Origin: Bdellovibrionota bacterium
GTDB lineage: Bacteria; Bdellovibrionota_C; UBA2361; CALJRW01
Direction of reading: 5' to 3'
Assembly: GCA_041740355.1 (NCBI GenBank)
Contig: JBGSMD010000063.1
Span: forward strand, 53,002 to 117,001
Length of the DNA: 64,000 nucleotides
A program made the translations under genes and the position numbers. Shown piece by piece: positions 38,814 to 47,730 of this stretch. Position 1 is the first letter of the stretch; every line of letters begins with the position of its first letter. The notes under the pieces are model-generated. The model had not been told where the DNA came from and made no database searches. It was given only the letters and a program-made list of their open reading frames with translations.

Positions 38814-41150
38814 ATGATTAATTTAAAAGTTTTGATTGGCTCAACTAAGATTAATTATAATCTTATATCTTTAATTCTAGCTCTTACTTGTGTCCATCTG
38901 AGCATTTCACAAATAATTTCTAGTGAACCAATAAGTGGCTGGGACACTCCAGGGCATCTCTACTTAACATATAAGATGCAAGAATTCTTAGGATTAGGAA
39001 CCTGGTTTGGCTATGATTCAAGCTGGTTCTCAGGCACAGCTCTCTTTGTGCTGTATCCACCACTAACATATATATTAATTAACATATTACATCTTATAAC
39101 TTTCTCTTCTGATCTAACTTATAGTTTTAACCTATTTATTTACCTTCAAGCTCAATTATTAGTAATAATTTTTTACTGGATAACAAAATATATTTTAGGT
39201 GTCGAATATCGGAAATATGTGATGTTGGTGCTCACCTTAATGTTACATACAAACATTATCTATTCGACCCACTTTATAGGATTAGCAGGATTATTTTACG
39301 CAGGCTTTCTATCAAATTGTACAGGGCTAATTCTATTCTTGCTGCTATTTGCACAAATCAGAAAACTGGAATTAAACATTATTAGCTCCTCTTATACTTC
39401 AATATTAATATTGAGCTTGATTTTACTTAACCATATAATCTCAGCAATATTTACTTTAATATTTATATCAATTTACTTAGCCCTTCAGGGAAATTCAAGG
39501 GTAGCGAAAAAATGGTTTGCTGTTATCGCAGTCGCTTCGCTGGTTGCTTCCCCTTATTACTGGATATTTATTGCCAATCTAGAATTTTCATCCTCAGAAG
39601 CTATCGGGCTTCACGGATCTTTTCCCGATCCCTTATTAGTCCTCTTTCCAAATCTTAATATTGAACATTTTGTGAATATGTTTAATGCCGAATTTAGCGA
39701 TACCTTCAGTTTTTTTAACTATAAAATCGAGTTGCCATTAATCATCAGTCAATTTCCATATTATGCGCTGATTGCTTTTTATTTTGGAATTAAAGGAAGT
39801 CTTCTAATTGTTAAAAGTCAAAAAAAACTACTGGGGTTTCTTTTTACAATTACTATCCTCTTCATATTCTTACCTCGCGCTTACTTAACAAACCTAACTA
39901 GCCTGACAATCCACTACTATCGCTTTACTGGCCTGCTGAGTTTCATGTTTATTTTTATAATTGCCTCTGGGATTAAACATTCTGACTACACACATAGCAA
40001 TTTGAAAAAAATACTCGGAGGTATATTTCTTGCTCTGATTTTACTACTAACAACGTCGTATCAGATGCTTTTCATTAGTGATTCTAGACATCAAGAATTT
40101 AAGCTACACCTGAGCGATTATCAAGGATATCAAAACCTAGATAAGGTTGCTAAATACCTTAAAGAGAACAATCTAACTGCAGGTGTTGCAATTGAGCAAA
40201 GCTATAATTTCCTCCTACAAGTCGGTTCCCTTCATGCCGTTTCATATCTTTTCCCGCATAAGTATAAAATCCCAATCAAGACTGGACTACTAGCTGAGTC
40301 AGCTTATTACTCGTCATTAATTAATCCCACTTTAGGTCTTCAAACAAATCACATGGTTTGGGGAAGTAAAGAATTATACCTTTTTAACTATTTTAATAAC
40401 CCAAAAAAAAATCCGAATTTATTTATTGAGAAGCTAAGGCTTTTAGGAGTAAAAGTATTAATCACAACAGATCGGGACAGCTTCAAAAAAATTAAAACCC
40501 TAACTCTTCAAAATCGTTTTCTAGTACTAAATAAAAAGATTGCTAATTATGCTATATTTGTTTTGCCAGAGTTGTCCCTAAAGAAAACCAACTCAATCAA
40601 GCCCCGATATCTATTTTTTGATTCAAAAGAATTAGCATTCAAAATGTTTTTTAGAGACTGGTTTGCTTATGATTCAACGATTAATTTTAACCTAGTATAC
40701 GATTACTTCAATTTGACTCAAAAAGATCCTAGCTTATTAAGTCAATTTTCAGGATTAGTCTTTTCCGCTGAGAATACAAATTCTTGTCTTAAGAATTACG
40801 AAAAGCTGAAGAGCTTGCAAGGTGATCTGAATGAAAAGTTAATCCCCTTAATTGATCAACAAAACCAGCAGCAAGAAAACCCAGCAATCCAAAAGCATAA
40901 GAGAGACTTTTATGATTTAGATATTATTTTCTTGGGTAAGAAGTGTTTTAAAGATCCGAACTGGAAAGTTAAGTGGATTAAAACAAATAATCCAGAAGAG
41001 AGAATGGCAAAACTAACAAAACTAGTTCAAAAAAATAAGCTAAAAATTCTCGTTAATAATAGACTGATTAATACGGAAGATACGTTTAGCCCACTAAATG
41101 GTAATAATTCATTTATCCAAACCCCGTTTTTTACTCTAAAGGTTAGGTAG
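38814..41150 (+). CDS. Large polytopic membrane protein with C-terminal soluble domain (GT-C-fold glycosyltransferase-like, uncertain)
   Basis: At least 12 predicted TM helices in the first 420 aa. First extracytoplasmic loop carries SGWDTPGH. A C-terminal soluble domain of about 350 aa. Strongly AT-rich codon usage. Confidence 0.5.
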   Translation: MINLKVLIGSTKINYNLISLILALTCVHLSISQIISSEPISGWDTPGHLYLTYKMQEFLGLGTWFGYDSSWFSGTALFVLYPPLTYILINILHLITFSSDLTYSFNLFIYLQAQLLVIIFYWITKYILGVEYRKYVMLVLTLMLHTNIIYSTHFIGLAGLFYAGFLSNCTGLILFLLLFAQIRKLELNIISSSYTSILILSLILLNHIISAIFTLIFISIYLALQGNSRVAKKWFAVIAVASLVASPYYWIFIANLEFSSSEAIGLHGSFPDPLLVLFPNLNIEHFVNMFNAEFSDTFSFFNYKIELPLIISQFPYYALIAFYFGIKGSLLIVKSQKKLLGFLFTITILFIFLPRAYLTNLTSLTIHYYRFTGLLSFMFIFIIASGIKHSDYTHSNLKKILGGIFLALILLLTTSYQMLFISDSRHQEFKLHLSDYQGYQNLDKVAKYLKENNLTAGVAIEQSYNFLLQVGSLHAVSYLFPHKYKIPIKTGLLAESAYYSSLINPTLGLQTNHMVWGSKELYLFNYFNNPKKNPNLFIEKLRLLGVKVLITTDRDSFKKIKTLTLQNRFLVLNKKIANYAIFVLPELSLKKTNSIKPRYLFFDSKELAFKMFFRDWFAYDSTINFNLVYDYFNLTQKDPSLLSQFSGLVFSAENTNSCLKNYEKLKSLQGDLNEKLIPLIDQQNQQQENPAIQKHKRDFYDLDIIFLGKKCFKDPNWKVKWIKTNNPEERMAKLTKLVQKNKLKILVNNRLINTEDTFSPLNGNNSFIQTPFFTLKVR

Positions 41151-41153
41151 TAG

Positions 41154-41312
41154 CTAGTTATAATTCATTTTATCTGCTGTAAATTTTAATTTTTGTGAGC
41201 TAGCTCTTCCCATAGCAGTTACGGCAACGATGGTTACGATAGCGATTAACGCAACAAGTAGTCCATACTCAACTAATGATGCCCCTTTTTTATTTTTATT
41301 TATTTTTTTCAT
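41154..41312 (-). CDS. flp: Flp/Fap-family type IVb prepilin (52 aa), absent from the supplied ORF track
   Basis: MKKINKNKKG|ASLVEYGLLVALIAIVTIVAVTAMG carries the Flp processing motif G/xxxxEY plus a hydrophobic helix. Confidence 0.7.
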   Translation of the reverse strand: MKKINKNKKGASLVEYGLLVALIAIVTIVAVTAMGRASSQKLKFTADKMNYN

Positions 41313-41363
41313 ATTCTTCTTTATTGGGTTTCCCCGTTAAATACGCCTGATTGATAAATCTAG

Positions 41364-41960
41364 TTAAATATCTAATTTTTTGCAATTAAGATGGAAATTA
41401 TTAGGTAAATCTACAGTTAGTGTAAACTGATATGCGCCTGCTACTGCTATATTTAATTTAATATTCTGACTGTTTTCGCCATTGAAAAGTGTAAAATCTT
41501 GATTCAAAGTAAGATTAGATCCCTCTTGTTCGAATCCAAATACAAAAGGGCTAGTCCAATCTTGATCTGCGATTTTAAATTCATACTCTCCGGGAATTAA
41601 GGGTAATACTACTCGATAGTTATTCCCGCCAACTGGCAAAAGCTGATTATAAGCTCCCGCTTTCCAATTCTCAATTCGATTAACACGAAGAAACACATTA
41701 CGATCAATACTTTTTATTGGATTATTAGCACTATTTTCTTGCGTAATTGGATTAAAATAAACTACAACGGCCAATAATAAGATTACAAGAAAAATTATCC
41801 CTCCAAAAATCTTGGCATAAGATTCCATCTTTTTCCTAAACCTATATTGTTCTGCGAATTTTTTTAAATTAGCAGTGCTTCTTGATCGAACCGAATCTTG
41901 AATAACATCGCCCAGACCTAATTGATCCTGTCTTTTAAACGTTCTTTTATTAAATATCAT
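41364..41960 (-). CDS. Hypothetical membrane-anchored protein with beta-rich C-terminal domain
   Basis: Single TM (IFGGIIFLVILLLAVVVYF). C-terminal domain rich in beta strands. Upstream of flp on the same strand. Confidence 0.4.
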   Translation of the reverse strand: MIFNKRTFKRQDQLGLGDVIQDSVRSRSTANLKKFAEQYRFRKKMESYAKIFGGIIFLVILLLAVVVYFNPITQENSANNPIKSIDRNVFLRVNRIENWKAGAYNQLLPVGGNNYRVVLPLIPGEYEFKIADQDWTSPFVFGFEQEGSNLTLNQDFTLFNGENSQNIKLNIAVAGAYQFTLTVDLPNNFHLNCKKLDI

Positions 41961-42185
41961 AACTAGCTAAGTTTATCAGATAACGAATTAGAATTACAGA
42001 TAAGATCTACTGTAAAGTATCAAATATTATCGGTTTATTCGTTACAAGCTAATCACAACAACCACAGGGCCCCTAATGAAAGGGATCAGAATGACCTGAT
42101 TATTCAATCCATTTGAATTATCTTTACAATTAGAAAATGGATTAATTCGATACAAACGTTATGAATTGTTAGCACTCTGGTTTAG

Positions 42186-43604
42186 GTGTATATTTATATT
42201 TGGTTGGTTTGTGCAACCTATCGATTAGAACATATTAAAAAAGACAAACGGACCCAATCAGCAATCTTAGTAATGAACCTACTGCAAAAACTCTCCTCCC
42301 GTGAAAACTTTTTAGCAATCCTTGATATTTTAAAAAGTAAAAAAAAATCAAAATCTTGGATTCTACAATCTGCCCCGATTGAAAAATCAATATCGCTTGC
42401 TTGGTGTATTTATAACCAAGACTTACTTATCAAGTATTATTTAAAAAACTTAAGAAATCATTCCTATCGCCCACAAGTAAGAATTAAAATGACTATTTTT
42501 ATAGATAAACAAAGGATTATCTATAATATTAACTGGGTTGATAAAATTATGGACTATGCCCTGACTAAACTACTTTTTGATGTCAGTGCGGAATTTTTCT
42601 CCGATCAATTATTTTCCTATCGCCAAGGATTTTCTAATAAAAAAGCAGTAAAAAGCCTCTGTAAATATATCAAGAATAATCAAGGCTCAGAGATCTACAT
42701 TGCCAAACGAGATATTAAATCATACTTCGATAATATTAATAGCGGGATTTTAACCTCACAAATTAAGGAGAAATGTGGCGAGCAAGATTCCTTTTTTTGG
42801 AAACTTTTAAGTAGTTTCTTACAACCAGAATATTATGATCCGGAGCTAGATCTTCAGGAGCAACTACTTCTAGGAATACCAACTGGATCTTGCATCTCTA
42901 ACTTTGCTGCGAATTTTTATTTGCACGACCTTGATCATTTAGCTGTAAACAATTTAGACTTTTATGTTCGCTATGGAGACGATATAATTTTTGCTGATCG
43001 GGATAAGGATAAGCTAAATCAGCTTCTTAATACTTATCAAGAAAAAATTTTGGAACGCGATCTTAAATTCCACCCAGACAAAGATCTATTCCTGAAAATC
43101 GGACCAACTTTAGCAAGCTCCAAAGATTCGCCCTATCAAAGCAAAAAAGTATTTGATTACCTAGGTTACCAAATTAGCGACGAAGGACTTATCTTCCTAA
43201 AGTCTTATAAATTTAAAAAACTAAAAAAGGATATTAAGAGTAGACTATTCAACTCCTATCGCACATATTACCGTGCTGGACTAAGTAAGGATCTGCAAAT
43301 GTCTAATCTGATTAAAGACCTAAATGGTACGATGCGAGATTTAAATTACTATAATCATTTCGCCGATCTTGTCCTATTCACGACTGATAAACCACGACTT
43401 AAGGAATTTGATATTTGGATTGCTCAAACAATTATTGCCATGACTCATAACTGTTCTCGCGCTAATGCGTTTGGGAAAATTTCCTACAGACAAATACGCG
43501 AGGCAGGTCTATTCTCGATTCTAAATTACAAGAATATTTATCCTAGAAGAAATGAAGTTCTCCGATCTACAAAAAATCTCCAAAGCAGATCAGCAACGAC
43601 GTAA
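42186..43604 (+). CDS. Reverse transcriptase domain protein (RNA-directed DNA polymerase; no retron/DGR/group II hallmarks seen)
   Basis: RT motifs: YRPQVRI..IDKQ (motif 1), SYRQGFS (motif 2), YIAKRDIKSYFDNI (motif A), GIPTGSCISNFAANFYL (motif B'), YVRYGDDIIF (motif C as YGDD), FDYLGYQIS (motif E). The listed ORF begins with GTG. An internal ATG at 42273 is an alternative start. Confidence 0.8.
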   Translation: MYIYIWLVCATYRLEHIKKDKRTQSAILVMNLLQKLSSRENFLAILDILKSKKKSKSWILQSAPIEKSISLAWCIYNQDLLIKYYLKNLRNHSYRPQVRIKMTIFIDKQRIIYNINWVDKIMDYALTKLLFDVSAEFFSDQLFSYRQGFSNKKAVKSLCKYIKNNQGSEIYIAKRDIKSYFDNINSGILTSQIKEKCGEQDSFFWKLLSSFLQPEYYDPELDLQEQLLLGIPTGSCISNFAANFYLHDLDHLAVNNLDFYVRYGDDIIFADRDKDKLNQLLNTYQEKILERDLKFHPDKDLFLKIGPTLASSKDSPYQSKKVFDYLGYQISDEGLIFLKSYKFKKLKKDIKSRLFNSYRTYYRAGLSKDLQMSNLIKDLNGTMRDLNYYNHFADLVLFTTDKPRLKEFDIWIAQTIIAMTHNCSRANAFGKISYRQIREAGLFSILNYKNIYPRRNEVLRSTKNLQSRSATT

Positions 43605-45786
43605 TCTTGTCCGTAAAGGACTAGAGCAGTATGATCTCAGATCCTACTTACGCTACTTAAGGTATCGAATTAAATGGCCAATACTTTTTAAGTTACTTTC
43701 TCGACTAATTGTTATTGTTGAAGTGATTCTAATTCAACAACTATTTACTTATAATATTTTTGCAGACTTAACTCTCTATATTTTCATTATTTTTATCAGT
43801 CGAAGCGCCCTAAAAGGTATTACTCAATACTATCGTGTGCAACTAATGCCCCTAGCGACGGCAAAAAACATTTCTGGCCTAAATATCGCCCTAAGTAAGG
43901 CTCTGATCATAAACATCTTTTCTGCCTTTTTATTAGCCTTGGTCATTAGCATTCTTTGTCTACTCTTAGATTTATCGGATCAGTTAAACACTTACTTTAT
44001 AATTTCCTGGTGCTTATTAATCCCGCTAGAGCAAATTACCACGCAGCTTTGGAATACCGTCTATCTTAATACCCGACTAAGGCGAAGTGCCTTGATTACT
44101 TTCATTTGCCGCATGCTTCCAATCATTTCACTATTAGCTTTTAGCAGCTTGATTGGCCCCCTAAGTTACATTCTGGGTACATTTATGGCGAGATTATTAG
44201 AAAGTTTTTACTTATCGCGTGTCGCAATTTTAGCATTAAAGTTCAAATTTACATTAAAGAAGAAATCGAGCAGTTTGTTACAAGTTATCGGACAGTATTT
44301 TAAAAATCAAAAGGCGCGCCAATACCTTTACTTTAATGCCATCCTACCCTGTTATTTTTTGGGTCTTGGATTAATCATCTTTGAACGGGGAGTCGGTACC
44401 TGGATTACAAATATTATTTATTTTTTTATTTTAAATTTTGCAGTTTTTTTTACTACACAAATTTCACGCTCAATTCAATTTGACATCTACTCCTGCTTTA
44501 AAAAAGGGCAGGTAAAAAAAGCAACGTTCTTAGGCAAAAGAATTGTAAAATATACTTTGAACTTTGCTGTAATTCTAGCAGCTAGCTTTATCTATTTACT
44601 CTTAAATTCCAAAAGGTTTTACCTTTTCATACCAATTAGCTTAGAATATTTTCTATTAATCTTACCCTTGGCAGTAATTGCTCAAACGTTTTTTTTTTCG
44701 ATCTATGCCCAAATCCAATCCCTAGCAATCGATCGTTATTTCACCAAGCTAATCTTCATTAGCTTCCTCCTAATAGGCTTACCAATTCAGTTCCTTCTAT
44801 TTCATTATTACCTCGCAAATCTACAAGCGATCTACTGGACTGAAATCCTTCTCTTTGTGTTTGTAGGTACACTATTATATTTAAATTTGAACTTTAATCT
44901 CAGTCCCTTTTTAATAAAGTATATCAAAAGAGAGCGGAAGGCTCTGCCCCTGTGCCAACCAACTGCACTCCAATTAGAGCTCCGAACTAAATATATCAAA
45001 ACTGGCTCAGCTTATCTTTACATATTATCTTATTATGAGCGGGATGCTTTCTGGGAACGCATTAAGTATTCACTTCCCCAAACAAAAGATTTCTTAATTA
45101 CCCGGTACTCTGCTGGGCTCTTCCTGCTTTCATCTCATCAACCACTGACGGATCTTGATTTTCGCAACCTAAGCTTTGTTGCCAAAAAGCAAATAGATTT
45201 AAGCCAAGAGCTACTGCAGACTTTACTGGATATTTATACTTTTTACTATTCTCTAGAATTTAGAAATAGCTCATTCCAAAAAATACGTAATAAGTTCTAT
45301 CTTAATAGATCCATCAAAGAAGAATTGTATCAGTTAGCGGAATTAAAGAGGCCAGTAGATCAAATAATATCAGAGTTGCTTGGAGCTCCTAGGATCGTCT
45401 TCAAAAATGGTAAAATTTCTTGTTTGGGCAAAGTCAGTAATAAACTTTATAATTTTGCTTTGAACCAATATTTTTATCCTGACAATAACTTGGCTCCCGC
45501 AATTCAAGGATCCCAATTAACAATCAGAATTAATAATACGGAAACAATTAGTTTCGACTTAAGGCACTTGAATAGTTACCTAATTGGACAAGTTAATAAA
45601 AAGATTTTTTTCCTCAATCAATATTATTATTTTAAGAATATTATTGATCCCCATTTGCCATATGCAGCTAGCATTCAAGATTATTTAATAGCACGGAGAC
45701 TGATTCATAAACATACCCGTCGCTGTAAAACGAGAAAGGCTGACCATTTAGCAGATCTCAATTTTTATAATCATAAATTAGTATGA
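43552..45786 (+). CDS. Polytopic membrane protein (about 12 TM, MOP-flippase-like topology) with a 290-aa C-terminal soluble domain
   Basis: Hydrophobicity pattern. Overlaps the RT gene by 53 nt. AT-rich. Confidence 0.55.
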   Translation: MKFSDLQKISKADQQRRNLVRKGLEQYDLRSYLRYLRYRIKWPILFKLLSRLIVIVEVILIQQLFTYNIFADLTLYIFIIFISRSALKGITQYYRVQLMPLATAKNISGLNIALSKALIINIFSAFLLALVISILCLLLDLSDQLNTYFIISWCLLIPLEQITTQLWNTVYLNTRLRRSALITFICRMLPIISLLAFSSLIGPLSYILGTFMARLLESFYLSRVAILALKFKFTLKKKSSSLLQVIGQYFKNQKARQYLYFNAILPCYFLGLGLIIFERGVGTWITNIIYFFILNFAVFFTTQISRSIQFDIYSCFKKGQVKKATFLGKRIVKYTLNFAVILAASFIYLLLNSKRFYLFIPISLEYFLLILPLAVIAQTFFFSIYAQIQSLAIDRYFTKLIFISFLLIGLPIQFLLFHYYLANLQAIYWTEILLFVFVGTLLYLNLNFNLSPFLIKYIKRERKALPLCQPTALQLELRTKYIKTGSAYLYILSYYERDAFWERIKYSLPQTKDFLITRYSAGLFLLSSHQPLTDLDFRNLSFVAKKQIDLSQELLQTLLDIYTFYYSLEFRNSSFQKIRNKFYLNRSIKEELYQLAELKRPVDQIISELLGAPRIVFKNGKISCLGKVSNKLYNFALNQYFYPDNNLAPAIQGSQLTIRINNTETISFDLRHLNSYLIGQVNKKIFFLNQYYYFKNIIDPHLPYAASIQDYLIARRLIHKHTRRCKTRKADHLADLNFYNHKLV

Positions 45787-47513
45787 AATCCAAAAGTTTA
45801 ATCTACTTTATTTTCATTTTACTAAGCTTAATTATTGGACTATCGCTCCACGCTGAGAGAATCGAAATACCTCTTTACGTTCTACGAAAAGCAATTACTT
45901 GTTCTAGTGTTCAAGAGAAAACATTGGAAGTTGTTTTCCAAAACAAGTCTTATTTGATCGCATTTGACCATATTTACAGTACTCCCGTTATTAATGCAGG
46001 TTTAGTCTGTCAACGTTTGATCCGCTACTTAAAAGCAGCGCCTTCGCCCAATTTAATCATCCCTATCTCCAAAAAATATACCAAGTTCGGCCATGATATT
46101 TATGTCGATGAATCAGGATTTTTAGAAAAAGCTTGCCTAGAACAAGGGCTTTGTAAGCGAAACATCTTGGATACTTTTAAGCCCAAAAAAATACTCCGTG
46201 AATGTCATGGGAAAATTACACTAAACGGCTTATTGGCAAAATCTCGTCCCAAAATTCCTGGCTATCAAACAAAAATCATTAAAGATGTTACAATTAAAAT
46301 TCACCCATTTCATCCATTTATCAATATTCTAAATGAATACCTTCAAGATCCAATTTTAAAGGAAATTCATGCCTCTACTATGTCAATTGGTAATCAAGCC
46401 CTAGACGATATTTCTGCCAGCACGCAAAGCTACAATAAAAAGGCTGTAATTAATTATGATGCCGGAATTTCATTGTTCAATTCTCAACAAGGCCAAATTG
46501 CTAAGGCTATTACTAAGTCACCTAAAGTTCATTTTTTACCAATGACCAGTGGTAATAATTTTAGCCAATTTTATCACATCAAATTTATTGCTAGCCCACA
46601 AACTAACAAGTCAATGTTGGCCTCAATGAATTTAGCCTCAGTAGATCGAACAGCATATCTCGACCTAAATTTTTTCTTTGAGGATCCTACTATTCGCGAT
46701 GAGTTTTTATCCATCTCAAATAATAATAATCGAAGATTTTGTGATTATTCTGAAGATTATGACTGCTTAGCAAATTTTTATGATGAAAGATCAAAATCCC
46801 ATATTCCACTGGTAATAAATAGAAGTTGTCCGACAAGCAATACCGAAACTACTATCAAAAGATCTGGTTACTTTGTAAACTCCGAAGATGATGATCTCAA
46901 ACAATTTGTGATAAACTTTATTAATCAAGCAAAACAAGAAATCATTGTAACTTCCTACAAGTTAACAGAAAGAGCCATTGCCAAGGCCTTATTAAACAAG
47001 CAGCAAGAAGGGCTTAAAGTTCACGCCATGTTAGCCTTTAAATCTCCCGCATTGGGCGAATTGAAAAGCCATTTCTACTCGGGGGAAGTTGTTAAGGAAG
47101 AGTATCCTTTTCCTCACATGAAAATTATTATTATCGATCGCCGACTAATGCTATTTGGAACTGCGAACTTCACGATTAATGCTTTAAATAATACAACTGA
47201 ATTAATTGGAGTTACTGATAATCAGCAAGCAATTAAAACAGCGTTAGATCATGTCGCAGTTTTTACACAGTCCAAAGATCTGGCCTTAAGTAAAAACATT
47301 TCCAATACTCCTAAGCAGAAAAATTATGTAGCAGTGACGAGCTCTACGCAGATCAAACCAGTGAATTTACCTTTTACTAAACCGCTTGAGCAGAAATGGT
47401 TATCAAACTACCGAGAGGTAACAAAGGAAGGCGAAAAATTATTAGATAAGTGTGATTTAAGGCACCTTATTTTTATAACTAAGGCAACTTATTTGGAATG
47501 TCTTAAAAAATAA
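45783..47513 (+). CDS. Secreted phospholipase D / HKD-superfamily protein (two-domain, second HKD intact)
   Basis: Signal peptide MKSKSLIYFIFILLSLIIGLSLHA. Canonical HKD HMKIIIIDRRLMLFGTANFT (HxK-x4-D-x6-G-x-x-N). A degenerate first motif YHIKFIAS lies about 185 aa upstream. ATGA overlap with the preceding gene. Confidence 0.6.
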   Translation: MKSKSLIYFIFILLSLIIGLSLHAERIEIPLYVLRKAITCSSVQEKTLEVVFQNKSYLIAFDHIYSTPVINAGLVCQRLIRYLKAAPSPNLIIPISKKYTKFGHDIYVDESGFLEKACLEQGLCKRNILDTFKPKKILRECHGKITLNGLLAKSRPKIPGYQTKIIKDVTIKIHPFHPFINILNEYLQDPILKEIHASTMSIGNQALDDISASTQSYNKKAVINYDAGISLFNSQQGQIAKAITKSPKVHFLPMTSGNNFSQFYHIKFIASPQTNKSMLASMNLASVDRTAYLDLNFFFEDPTIRDEFLSISNNNNRRFCDYSEDYDCLANFYDERSKSHIPLVINRSCPTSNTETTIKRSGYFVNSEDDDLKQFVINFINQAKQEIIVTSYKLTERAIAKALLNKQQEGLKVHAMLAFKSPALGELKSHFYSGEVVKEEYPFPHMKIIIIDRRLMLFGTANFTINALNNTTELIGVTDNQQAIKTALDHVAVFTQSKDLALSKNISNTPKQKNYVAVTSSTQIKPVNLPFTKPLEQKWLSNYREVTKEGEKLLDKCDLRHLIFITKATYLECLKK

Positions 47514-47520
47514 AAGAAAA

Positions 47521-47650
47521 AAGAGTTGGGCGGAATTTAACGCTTACCTGCTCTATAATATCTGCCGTCAGAACCTGCACCTTTCTCCGAAGGCGTATTT
47601 ACAGATCCCCCTTGCGTTTGGAGAAGCCCGAAGGCGACAACCCAACTCTT
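47521..47650. other. Structured intergenic element bounded by a 10-bp inverted repeat (aagagttggg ... cccaactctt) with internal hairpins
   Basis: Read directly. Lies between convergent genes (PLD-like and nuoI). Could be a bidirectional terminator or an ncRNA. Confidence 0.3.
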
Positions 47651-47730
47651 AATTTAATATTACCATAGCAATTTAACGATAAACAATGATTTATTTTTAA
47701 AGTTCTAAGAAAGGAATGTAATTAAAAGTT

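Noticed and set aside
42186-43604. RT as retron, DGR or group II intron component
   Set aside because: By eye there is no VTG (retron), no SQ in motif B' (DGR), no maturase X or En domain, and no intron RNA structure. This is left open pending HMM search.
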